Shown here piece after piece: positions 1-9,096 of a stretch of 64,000 bases of DNA. The stretch spans positions 3,904 through 67,903 of the IMG/VR virus record IMGVR_UViG_2537561606_000002. One strand, given 5' to 3'. Position numbers and translations under genes: made by a program. Each line of letters opens with the position of its first letter. Position 1 is the first letter of the stretch. Under the pieces are notes generated by a model, which saw only the letters and a program-made list of their open reading frames with translations, was not told the DNA's origin and ran no database searches. The DNA comes from a virus. Its lineage: Duplodnaviria; Caudoviricetes.

Positions 1-761
1 AATATAAGACACTGCTCATCAGAATGTGAATGTAAACCTTCGCTAAGTGCATTATGCAATATTTTTAATGGATTATGACCATTCATTAAAATACTCTCAG
101 GAATTGCTCTTTGAACTGTTTCTACAGCTTTGCTAAATTGATTTTCAGCTATTGCTCTTTCTATTAATAATATTTTTTCATCATTCATTTTTTCTTTTTG
201 AGCTATTTTCTTGATTTCTTCTAATATTCTATTTTTCTGACTTTCAACCACTCTTCTATAGTAACCATAAGCCCCTATTCCAAGACCTTGGTTTTCACAT
301 TGCCTACCCTTCAAAAATATTTCTCTATCAGGACCAATTAATTTAATTAATCGAGATGGAGTCACAGGACCGAAATTCGGGAATTCACCAAATTTAAAAG
401 CATAACTTTTAATATTGCTATTGCTTTCTGCATTTATAAATAAAAATAATGAAAATATCTTTTGATATTTTTGACAATTTGAACATTGATATGTGATATA
501 TAAATTAGTTTGATTCACATTTATCAGGATAGGATCAGTTTCAATTGACCGAAAAAAACGTGTGCCGTTACATAAATCATTCGAGCAATGAAGTTGAATT
601 TCTGGTAAATTCAAAATATATTCTGAAGGGTAATAATTATAATCCTTTTTTGTAAATAAATTCTTTATTTCAGATATTTGATTTGGAGGTTGACTCTCTA
701 AAAATTCTGCAAATAAAAAAGTTGGAAAATTTGAATTTGACGGCACCGGATTTTTTGACAT
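1..761 (-). CDS. DUF4145/HEPN-like protein with N-terminal Cys motifs (partial, runs off window; missing from ORF track)
   Basis: Hand translation from ATG at 761: MSKNPVPSNSNFP...HCSNDLC...YQCSNC...GIGAYGYYRRVVE...LKILHNALSEGLHSHSDEQCLI. The frame is open to the window edge. Confidence 0.7.
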   Translation of the reverse strand, partial: MSKNPVPSNSNFPTFLFAEFLESQPPNQISEIKNLFTKKDYNYYPSEYILNLPEIQLHCSNDLCNGTRFFRSIETDPILINVNQTNLYITYQCSNCQKYQKIFSLFLFINAESNSNIKSYAFKFGEFPNFGPVTPSRLIKLIGPDREIFLKGRQCENQGLGIGAYGYYRRVVESQKNRILEEIKKIAQKEKMNDEKILLIERAIAENQFSKAVETVQRAIPESILMNGHNPLKILHNALSEGLHSHSDEQCLI

Positions 762-1324
762 TTTTAATCATCAACATTGATGTATTATAGAAGTCAACTA
801 TTCCATCTAATTAAATAAAATAAGAAAGATAATAATTCTTATAAAATAATTGAGCTTAAAAATATATTTTAATTTTATTCATATTATATAGGTAGAAAGC
901 GTAGAGGCATTTAATACCATTCATTGAATAAACTCAAGATTATAATATTGAATTTGTATAAAATAAACTTCAAGTTATACTCTGAATAGATTCGGCTAAA
1001 TTAACGCATTATTTAATTTTTTAATACTAATCAATATTTTTAATTATAAACTAAATAAATAAAAACTCTAGAGAATAAAGCCTACTTCATAAGTGGAGTC
1101 TAACAGAATATAAAGATTATTTAGAAATTCTTGGGAGGAAATTGAATCAATACGAAGTAACAATCAATAGTTTCTTTTTCACCTAAAAACCCCTACTCTC
1201 TCTCAATACAAAGATAAATAACCAAAGCTAATAATCCAAAAAAACACCATCCAACAAGGGTTCCGAGTGTAGTGTATAAAAGAATGAGTTTAAAACAATC
1301 CCTGTTATAAGTCGAATATCCAAT

Positions 1325-1705
1325 TTAAAAGAAAATCCCGAAAAGAAAACCGATACAGACGGAAATTAAAACCGTGGAAAGAGTGACTTTTAGCCTTTGA
1401 AAAAAAGTGGGAGCGTAGACGGCTTCCTCAAAATCCCGACAAAAAAACTCAGACCAACAGATTCGTTTTTTTAAACGTACATACTCCCCGTCCCTAACTT
1501 TTGAAAGGATAGTCACCGTGGCTTTGGAGGATTCTATTTTTTGCCAATTTGTGTGAAGTTTCTCAAGACATAAAAACCAAGAGGCCCCTTTTAATTCGGA
1601 ACAACCGGTATCACGAGAAGGATTTAGATTTGATTGAAGAGGAACACTTCCAAACGTAGAACAATTAAATAGAAATAGAATAGAAAGACATACAAGGTGT
1701 TTCAT
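1325..1705 (-). CDS. Lipoprotein with C-terminal TM helix, candidate unimolecular spanin
   Basis: Spirochaetal-type lipobox ILFLFNC and C-terminal hydrophobic TLSTVLISVCIGFLFGIFF; last gene of the lysis cassette. Confidence 0.55.
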   Translation of the reverse strand: MKHLVCLSILFLFNCSTFGSVPLQSNLNPSRDTGCSELKGASWFLCLEKLHTNWQKIESSKATVTILSKVRDGEYVRLKKRICWSEFFCRDFEEAVYAPTFFQRLKVTLSTVLISVCIGFLFGIFF

Positions 1706-2001
1706 TTCTTTTTTCCTTTCGATTCGGGACTCAAGATATCACAGGTATCTTGAACTTCTTTCGGAGTGTTATTCGCATAACAAACAAGTTTAGAACGGTC
1801 TCTTGAGTAGTCTACAGGAGAAACGTTTTCGACAGGTTCATGATTGATCTTGATTTCAAGATGATTGATTTTAAAAAAAGAAACAAATAGAATTATAATG
1901 AAAAGAAAAAAGATAAAAAAGGATTTGTTCTTAATGATTAAGTTTTTTAAACGAAGTAGTAAGTTTTTCATAGATGTAACCTCATAAAATATTGATTTCA
2001 A
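1702..2001 (-). CDS. Single-TM membrane protein in lysis cassette (spanin/antiholin-like)
   Basis: N-terminal TM FFIFFLFIIILFVSFF, short soluble tail with 2 Cys, 4-bp overlap with the next gene. Confidence 0.5.
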   Translation of the reverse strand: MKSIFYEVTSMKNLLLRLKNLIIKNKSFFIFFLFIIILFVSFFKINHLEIKINHEPVENVSPVDYSRDRSKLVCYANNTPKEVQDTCDILSPESKGKKK

Positions 2002-2037
2002 AGATTACGTGTACGTGTATTTGTTTTTTAGAAAGGG

Positions 2038-2379
2038 TTAGGAATTACCACCTCCGCGCGCTTTAGAAATAAAATCACCTAATGACCTTAAAATCTCACC
2101 CGATTTAAACCAGGACATTAAAACGATACCCGAAGTTAAAAAAAGACCATGAACACTCACTCCCCCGAATCCTTCCGAAATTTTCTGTTCCGGAAAAAAT
2201 CTTAAAAGAAAAAGACCTAAAAGTAAAAAAAATAAACCTAAGAAAAAAGCTTGGTTAGATTTTCGAAAAAGACTTTTTTTAACGATAACCGTATGGCCTA
2301 AACTTTGATCCTGATCCTTTACCTTTGAAGAATTGGTATGTTTTTCGATAATTTCTTTTGATTTTAGTTTTTGTTTCAT
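2038..2379 (-). CDS. Putative holin (2 TM)
   Basis: Two hydrophobic segments, basic N-terminus, adjacent to the putative endolysin. Confidence 0.55.
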   Translation of the reverse strand: MKQKLKSKEIIEKHTNSSKVKDQDQSLGHTVIVKKSLFRKSNQAFFLGLFFLLLGLFLLRFFPEQKISEGFGGVSVHGLFLTSGIVLMSWFKSGEILRSLGDFISKARGGGNS

Positions 2380-2387
2380 ATAATTCT

Positions 2388-3044
2388 CTATATTAGTAAT
2401 TCCTTAACCGATTCTTGATTTAAAACCGCATAACAAAATCCTTTAAAATTTTGATTCCTTTTCTTTTTTAAGAGTGTGGCTCCTTTAAAAATGGAAATGA
2501 GTTCGATCCACTCCGGATCATTCCAAGAAGCTTTAGTGACAGTACAACCAAGAGAAGAAATACCTACCGATTCGCTATTGGAATTTCGAGCGTGTATATT
2601 TAAACCAACCTGATCTAAAAAAATAGGGTCTAAATCGTTCCAAATATGATCGCTATTTTTATCCCTTCTAAAATAAAAGGGAGAACCTTGTACTAACGCG
2701 TCATGACCTTTATGGTTCCCAAGCTTTACCAAATAAAGACCTTCTTCGGTTCTCGCCTCCCCGTTAGTGACACCGTATTTTAAAAGAGTTTCTTTGGAAA
2801 CCAACCCCGGATCCATTGTAACTACCCTACTCCCCCAAGAATTACCACCTGGATCAATGTTAAAAAGGATGTCGTTAAAACGGTCAAAAGAGTTGTTGTT
2901 TAAAATCACGTTATTGTCTAAAACGCTGATCCCACGTACTCCGATTAAAACGTGATCTAGATTAAAATCGATTTTGTATTTGGAATTTTTGAATTTAGAT
3001 TTGGTAAGTTCGATTAGCTCTAAAATAAATTTATCATATCTCAC
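2388..3044 (-). CDS. Putative endolysin, YkuD/L,D-transpeptidase-like Cys-His hydrolase
   Basis: GLNIH-x12-SLGC catalytic-type motif plus IGVRG, TMDPG and RDKNSD motifs; heads the membrane-protein cassette. Confidence 0.6.
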   Translation of the reverse strand: MRYDKFILELIELTKSKFKNSKYKIDFNLDHVLIGVRGISVLDNNVILNNNSFDRFNDILFNIDPGGNSWGSRVVTMDPGLVSKETLLKYGVTNGEARTEEGLYLVKLGNHKGHDALVQGSPFYFRRDKNSDHIWNDLDPIFLDQVGLNIHARNSNSESVGISSLGCTVTKASWNDPEWIELISIFKGATLLKKKRNQNFKGFCYAVLNQESVKELLI

Positions 3045-3113
3045 AAAAGAAAAGATAGAACATAAGCTACAATATCGGTTTAAAAAAAATGAAATGGAGT
3101 CCTTAGATTTTTA

Positions 3114-4055
3114 TCAACCTAAGGCACCAAAAGAAATTCCAGTGTAACGAATTTTAGCAGTCTTCCACCATTCTTTAAGTTCGTTCGAAAGTTGTCTAAT
3201 CCTGGCCCCAAAAAAAGCATTTTCTGCGGACATTGTAGTTCCAATAGATTCACTAATTACACCAACACTAGTGGAATAGTTTGAGATTCCTCCGATGATA
3301 CCTTCACCATAAGAAGATAAAACACAGATTACAAAGTATTTTAAAACTTGATCTTTTAGTTCTCTCGGAACCCTCGATGCGTGATCATACCCGGTAGTAT
3401 AATCCACTTGATAGGCACCTGGAAGATTTGAACTATTTTGACTTAAAAAACGAAACCCTTGAATCCCTATTTGAGGAATTCCGACATTACCAAAAGGAAC
3501 TCGTGTAAAGACTGCACGTAAAATTCCGGTTTTGTATTGAATCGTAGCACGACTTGTAAGATCAAGAATCATATTCCCATTCCAAGGAAGCGTTAAGACC
3601 CATTTATGAAGACGACAAAGATTTTTTCTTCTCAGTTTTAAAAAGAAATTCGAACTTTTGGAAGGATCATAGTCGTAAGTATCATCCCACTCCGCATAGT
3701 CTTCGATTCTACCGGTTTTGGGTTCTAGATCAAATCTTCCGGATTGTCCAACAAGCGGGCGGGATCGAAAAAGCCTAGGATAAATATCCCAGTCAATTTC
3801 AGAGGCAAATGCCCGAACGGTTTGGTCACACCAATTTTTTAATTGGAAATCCTCCAGTTGAGTTCCACGGGTAGTGAGAAGAGGTTCGTTCCCGAAAAAC
3901 ATAATCCGACGAAGTTCGTCCGGATGAATGATACAACCCCAGCCGGGAAGGGGTGTATTTGATTTTTCAAGATCTGGGTAAATGCAGGCAGACAAATCGT
4001 GATATTCGTAGTCTTCGGATTGTTTGTTTAAATCCCCTTCAAAACCGTAAGTCAT
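3114..4055 (-). CDS. Head-tail connector/neck protein (SPO1/Twort-like)
   Basis: PGAYQVDYTTG...VPRELK...GISNYSTSVGVISES pattern typical of head completion/adaptor proteins. Confidence 0.6.
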   Translation of the reverse strand: MTYGFEGDLNKQSEDYEYHDLSACIYPDLEKSNTPLPGWGCIIHPDELRRIMFFGNEPLLTTRGTQLEDFQLKNWCDQTVRAFASEIDWDIYPRLFRSRPLVGQSGRFDLEPKTGRIEDYAEWDDTYDYDPSKSSNFFLKLRRKNLCRLHKWVLTLPWNGNMILDLTSRATIQYKTGILRAVFTRVPFGNVGIPQIGIQGFRFLSQNSSNLPGAYQVDYTTGYDHASRVPRELKDQVLKYFVICVLSSYGEGIIGGISNYSTSVGVISESIGTTMSAENAFFGARIRQLSNELKEWWKTAKIRYTGISFGALG

Positions 4056-4083
4056 AATCTATTTATTAAAATATAATAAATAT

Positions 4084-4551
4084 TTAGATATCGGAATGGA
4101 TTTTTGATTTTGCAATTTGAAGTTGTTCTATGGGTATTGTATAGGATTTTCCGGAAGCTAGTTCACACAGAACGGTTTTTCCGTCTTTAGCGACTTCTTT
4201 AACTTTAGCAAGCATCCCGCCTACGTTAACTTTGTTTTTTGCGTAAACTCTCATAATAAGACCTGGTTTTGGTATTTGTGAACCACTTCCGTATGATGAT
4301 TTCCTTTGCTCTCTTACTTCTTCCTCGAATTTTTTGTGTCGAATTTCTCTTTGTTTTATTTCTATTTTTTCTTTTTCGGAAATTTCTTTTTGATAATTGA
4401 TTTTATTTCGGTCATGTTTTGCTTGATCGATCTTTTTTTCACGAGGCACCCTTACGTCCTCGTTTGTTCTAGTATTTCGAAAGGCCATATAGTCGCCTGA
4501 CTTTCCATGAACGACTACCTTTTTTTTGAGTAGGGAATTTGTATTTAACAT
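4084..4551 (-). CDS. Basic hypothetical protein, possible internal head protein
   Basis: ORF of 155 aa; KKKVVVHGK N-terminus, SH3/KOW-like C-terminus, IAKS motif. Confidence 0.5.
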   Translation of the reverse strand: MLNTNSLLKKKVVVHGKSGDYMAFRNTRTNEDVRVPREKKIDQAKHDRNKINYQKEISEKEKIEIKQREIRHKKFEEEVREQRKSSYGSGSQIPKPGLIMRVYAKNKVNVGGMLAKVKEVAKDGKTVLCELASGKSYTIPIEQLQIAKSKIHSDI

Positions 4552-4557
4552 AAGATT

Positions 4558-4863
4558 TTAGTGGGACGTTAGACTAGAATTGATCCAAAACCCGGAAAAT
4601 TCAATCACTCCTGTAAAACTGATTTCGTTTGCACATATCGGAATAAAAAACTGAATATCTCCATTTCCTTTTCTCGTATAATTTCTAAAATTAGAGTCTG
4701 AGTTATTTCCTTTTACGTTCATCGTCCAGTTACCGTTTGCGTGTATAGCGCTAATAAAATAGAGTTTATCTTTAGAATTTAAAACCAAATTCCCCGAAAG
4801 GGTGAATTGGTTTTGAAACTGGATTCTATTTAGGTCTTGTAGGGTGATCGATTTACGGGACAC
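4558..4863 (-). CDS. Hypothetical virion protein
   Basis: ORF of 101 aa with CCGATA 27 nt upstream. Confidence 0.55.
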   Translation of the reverse strand: MSRKSITLQDLNRIQFQNQFTLSGNLVLNSKDKLYFISAIHANGNWTMNVKGNNSDSNFRNYTRKGNGDIQFFIPICANEISFTGVIEFSGFWINSSLTSH

Positions 4864-5016
4864 ATTTAGATTTTTATTCCGAAAATAAAATATCGGGAAA
4901 TAAATATTAAACCGTACTAGACCAATAAAACTTAAACGTTTTAATTCTTTAAATTTCGTAAAATGATTTAAAACCCTATTTTAAATCATTTATAATAATT
5001 TAAAATTATTTTTCAA

Positions 5017-5022
5017 CCGATA
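5017..5022 (+). promoter_or_regulatory. CCGATA late-promoter element for portal
   Basis: CCGATA 28 nt upstream of the portal ATG; same spacing as at many other late genes. Confidence 0.65.
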
Positions 5023-5050
5023 CTCAAATCCTTGATTTAAAACTAAGGAT

Positions 5051-6610
5051 ATGGAAAAAAAAGTAGGCCGACCTAGGGGAAATAATTACGAAAAAAATTT
5101 AGCGATACGGTTAAAATCGAATACAAACATACAACCTACAAAAGTAAACGAACACCTAATTCATTTAGCGAAATCATTTTTTAGCCAAGTCAATTCTGAA
5201 AATATAGAAGGTAGAAAACCGGTATATAACTATGATCAGATAAATCAAATTAGAAACGGTGTATTACTCAGACCACCTTGTAGAATACCGGTCACACAAC
5301 TTAGAAACGCAAGTTACGGTACGAGTATAATTTCAGCTATCCATACGATCCGAATTGATGAGTTAAGTAGATACGCAAAATTAAATAAAAAAAGAGGACT
5401 TTGGTTTAGGACAGAAAACGAAGAAGACGAAATCACCGATGAAATCCAAGAAAAAATCAAAAACTGTTCACAGTTTTTTGAAAGAATGGGGGATTTAATA
5501 GATGGGTGGATGAATCGGGACAATTTTAGTTCCGTTTTTGAAATGATGATACGCGATACTTTAACCTTTGATAGTATCTCATTTTATTTAGTGTATAACT
5601 CACTTGGTAAACTTGTTGAAATCAAATACTTAGACCCGGCTACGATTTTTCAGGTAGATAAGGAAAAAGGGTATAAGGGGGACAAAAATGTATCTTTTGT
5701 ACAAATTATAGACGATAGGGTTATCGAAGTATTTAACGAAAACGAAATATTACTATTACATAAAAATCATATATCCGATGTGTCCATGAGAGGATTCGGT
5801 TTTTCTCCTTTAGAGGCTTGTATTTTGGATTTAGTGGGGGTGATTCGATCCTTAAAATTCAACCGGGATACTTTTACAAGACAACATCCACCCGGCTTTA
5901 TGTCTTTAATAGGGGACGCCACACAAGAGGTGATAGAGTCCATACAACTACAGTATAGAGAAATGATTTCCGGGATGGACGATTCTCACACTATACCGAT
6001 TCTTGGAACGTCTGCAGGTGAAATAAAATGGACTCCATTAAATGTTTCTAATGATATGGTATTTAAGGAACTGATGCAGTGGTGCGTTTCTTTCGTAATC
6101 ATGTCACACGGTATGGATCAGTCTGAACTAGGTTTAAGACTTACCGGTTCAGCCACACTCGGAGAATCTAATCAGGTAGAAAAAAGTAAGTTTTCTTTAA
6201 ATAGATCCTGTATTTCTTTACTTACGTACTTTGAAATGGGTTTTAATAGGATCAGACATATTAGAGAAGAAGATTTTTCGGGTATTGTTTGTGAATTTGT
6301 AGGAACGGATCCGGAAGATGAAAAAGACAAACTCAGTAAAAATAAAGACGAAGTGGCTAACTGGAAGTTAATCGATGAAATCCGAATCGAACAAGATAAA
6401 CCTACAATAGCCCAAACCCTAGCCGACCTATACGGAGTCAGTGAGGAAGAGTATAAAATGGCGGGTGCTGTCATTTTAAATCCTATATTCCAGCAAAATT
6501 TACAAATGATACGGCAATCGGGGCAAAATTGCGAATATCCCAATTTAGGATGTTCTGATGCGGAAAAAGAAGAATTAGAAGAACAAGATGATTCGGATTT
6601 GGTATTTTAA
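5051..6610 (+). CDS. Phage portal protein
   Basis: RDTLTFD, YLDPATI, GFGFSPLE, PPGFMSL motifs of SPO1/Twort-type portals; 519 aa. Confidence 0.85.
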   Translation: MEKKVGRPRGNNYEKNLAIRLKSNTNIQPTKVNEHLIHLAKSFFSQVNSENIEGRKPVYNYDQINQIRNGVLLRPPCRIPVTQLRNASYGTSIISAIHTIRIDELSRYAKLNKKRGLWFRTENEEDEITDEIQEKIKNCSQFFERMGDLIDGWMNRDNFSSVFEMMIRDTLTFDSISFYLVYNSLGKLVEIKYLDPATIFQVDKEKGYKGDKNVSFVQIIDDRVIEVFNENEILLLHKNHISDVSMRGFGFSPLEACILDLVGVIRSLKFNRDTFTRQHPPGFMSLIGDATQEVIESIQLQYREMISGMDDSHTIPILGTSAGEIKWTPLNVSNDMVFKELMQWCVSFVIMSHGMDQSELGLRLTGSATLGESNQVEKSKFSLNRSCISLLTYFEMGFNRIRHIREEDFSGIVCEFVGTDPEDEKDKLSKNKDEVANWKLIDEIRIEQDKPTIAQTLADLYGVSEEEYKMAGAVILNPIFQQNLQMIRQSGQNCEYPNLGCSDAEKEELEEQDDSDLVF

Positions 6611-7752
6611 AGATTGAGTTTGACTAAATTATTACGAGACACTCCACCTACACTTTGGAAATTGCCACAGAGCCACCAAGTTTCATTGTCGTGAAAAAAA
6701 CCTCTTTGTATAGACGAAGTATCGTTTCCTAGACCGTTTTGTGGGTAGTAGGAAAGCAGTTGCATCGAAGTGGAATCGATACAGGCGATAGAAAGTCTAG
6801 ACTCGTAGTTTAAGGTTGTGAATTGTCCTGCAAAATAGAGTCTATTATTTTTAGTGGCAAAACTCATTACATTCGGTTTTAAGGAACCACCTGCGAACTG
6901 AGTTGGATAAATACTGAGTAATTCCCCCGTGTTTACATTTAGAGCGGCAAAGCCTATACGACTAAGACCGGAAACCGAAGTGAAAATACCTCCGATGAAA
7001 AGAGTGTTACCGACTTGGATCATATCTTTGATATACGGATTTACTCCACCGTATATGTTAAGGGCAGAACCCCAACTAGGAATTACGTAACCGGAACTAG
7101 AATTCAGAGCCGCCAGTTTTGGAATATTGTAACCCCCTATCGTATTAAAATAACCGCCTATAAATATTTTGGATGAATCTTTTGACAATAAAAGTCTATA
7201 GGGATGTCCGCCGGTTAAATAATCTTGAGGATACCAAGGTAAAACGGAAAGGTTTAAAATATCAATTGCAGCTAACCTACTCCTAGAAATTCCGCTTACA
7301 GTCGTAAAAGATCCGCATAGATAGAGAGTATTTTCCTTTACGCAAAAATCGAATATATTAGGTGATACACCTCCGATTCCTCCACTCGGATACCAAGAAA
7401 GAAGTGATCCCGTATTTGGGTTTATCGCGGCGATACCGTTTCTAAGAAACCCAAATACGGATGTAAAACTCCCCCCCATTACGAGCATATTGTTTACGAG
7501 AATCATGGAACTAATTCCGACGACTCCACTTTGTCCTTGAAAAAGCGGAAGTACAGTTCCTGTACTATAATCCAACGCGGCTAAACCGTTTCTATTTACA
7601 CCTCCGATACTCGTAAAGTTTCCTGCCATAAAGATCGTATTTTCATATTTTATAATAGAGTAAATTTCACCGTTTGCGCCGTTTAAAGGAAAACCTGGAT
7701 CTACAATCGGTTTTAATTTCGGATTTTGGAAATGAGCAAACGGTAAAAACAT
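6607..7752 (-). CDS. Beta-propeller (delta-60-like repeat) protein, putative receptor-binding protein
   Basis: About 7 repeats of (G/A)GxFT(S/T)(I/V)xGxxRxx(L/I)AA(L/I)(D/N). Confidence 0.7.
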   Translation of the reverse strand: MFLPFAHFQNPKLKPIVDPGFPLNGANGEIYSIIKYENTIFMAGNFTSIGGVNRNGLAALDYSTGTVLPLFQGQSGVVGISSMILVNNMLVMGGSFTSVFGFLRNGIAAINPNTGSLLSWYPSGGIGGVSPNIFDFCVKENTLYLCGSFTTVSGISRSRLAAIDILNLSVLPWYPQDYLTGGHPYRLLLSKDSSKIFIGGYFNTIGGYNIPKLAALNSSSGYVIPSWGSALNIYGGVNPYIKDMIQVGNTLFIGGIFTSVSGLSRIGFAALNVNTGELLSIYPTQFAGGSLKPNVMSFATKNNRLYFAGQFTTLNYESRLSIACIDSTSMQLLSYYPQNGLGNDTSSIQRGFFHDNETWWLCGNFQSVGGVSRNNLVKLNL

Positions 7753-9096
7753 TCAACCCATCGCGAGTAAACAGGAAGAAAAGATATTTCCACCCACTTT
7801 TATGAACGTATAAAAGTCTTTTTTTAGAGAGATAACCGTAGGTGTAGGTACTGTGGAATTTGGCCAATAAAAAGTACCACCCGACCAAGTGATCGTATAG
7901 GAAGAACCGGTTGATTCTAAAACCACATTAACCACTTGGTTTTCAGATAAATTAGTAATAGTGAATGTTGCATTTCCTCCCGTGATTCTAAACAGATTGG
8001 AAATGGAACAATCTAAAGTCCTATTTCCAGAAGATAGTAAGGTGGTATTTGGAGAAGACTGTCTTAGATATTCGACCGACTTCATACCGGGAAGACCGAG
8101 TAATGAATTTAGGTTCGTTACCCTATGACCCGAAGCGGAGGATGAATCAAAAACGAATAGTTCGTTGTCAAGACCTGTAGAAAGAGTCGTCCAGTTGCCG
8201 AATAAATCTTTGGTTAAAATTTGTCCTTTTTGAGTAAGTGTTTTTTCTAAAATATGGCCTGAATCGATTTCGTTTTTTTGTCCTGTAAAATCTACTTGAG
8301 ATCCGACAAAAGAGTTTTGATTTAAAAAGTTCGCGTTTTGGTTGACTATATTCAAAATACCTCCCGGCGAACCCGTAATCGTAGAAGAATCCACATTACA
8401 AAGTCCTGATATTGCATAAAGATGTAAGGAATTACTTCTTACGGAAAAAACGGTTTTGTTAATTCCTTGGATGGATGAATTTTTTAAGAATACATAAAAA
8501 TTCCCTGAAACTAAATCAATACAACTTTCGACGTTAGATGTATATTCCAAAATGGAATCGGTAAGATTAAGTGCATTTATACTCGAACTATCAAAAATAC
8601 GGGAAGAAAATTGGAGACGAAGCCCTATTATTTCCAAAGGTAAACCTAAAAATTTAAAACCGTTCGTGAAATTTACGACTAAGTGGTTCTGTTTTTTATA
8701 TCTAGGTAGTAAGGTACATTCGTTTAGGTTGGACGTATCTAAAGGAATCGTAAGCGGTTCAAGGGTATCGTCTAACTGAATGTATTTTAAACCTTTTGTA
8801 TTTGCAAGACTCGAAATTAAGTTTGTCCAATTGTTAAATACGTTGTAGGAAGGTGAAGTTTCACCGGGTCTAAAAATAAAAACGTTTTGTGAAGGTCTTT
8901 GGGATAAAGATAGTTTACCGTCGTTTCCTAACGTTGCTAGACTTGCCCCTTTTTCGCTTGTGTTTAACTTACTTAAAAGTGCAGATTCTAAGGAGTTGAA
9001 TTCTGTCATCCTAGAATTTGTTTCTATAGAGAGTAAATTTTCAAAATAACTTTTGATCGAACTTTCCTTTAAAAAATCGTTTTTAAAGGATTTCAT
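7753..9096 (-). CDS. Tail fibre/spike-like protein
   Basis: LATLGNDGKL and LTQKGQILT fibre motifs; C-terminal ITWSGGTFYWP..TPT...KKDFYTF fibre-tip-type domain. Confidence 0.6.
   Translation of the reverse strand: MKSFKNDFLKESSIKSYFENLLSIETNSRMTEFNSLESALLSKLNTSEKGASLATLGNDGKLSLSQRPSQNVFIFRPGETSPSYNVFNNWTNLISSLANTKGLKYIQLDDTLEPLTIPLDTSNLNECTLLPRYKKQNHLVVNFTNGFKFLGLPLEIIGLRLQFSSRIFDSSSINALNLTDSILEYTSNVESCIDLVSGNFYVFLKNSSIQGINKTVFSVRSNSLHLYAISGLCNVDSSTITGSPGGILNIVNQNANFLNQNSFVGSQVDFTGQKNEIDSGHILEKTLTQKGQILTKDLFGNWTTLSTGLDNELFVFDSSSASGHRVTNLNSLLGLPGMKSVEYLRQSSPNTTLLSSGNRTLDCSISNLFRITGGNATFTITNLSENQVVNVVLESTGSSYTITWSGGTFYWPNSTVPTPTVISLKKDFYTFIKVGGNIFSSCLLAMG

Noticed and set aside
1193..1324. Hydrophobic 43-codon stretch in frame after the lipoprotein stop (IGYSTYNRDCFKLILLYTTLG...)
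   Set aside because: No standard start or RBS, and TAA readthrough is unlikely; may be chance in T-rich DNA.
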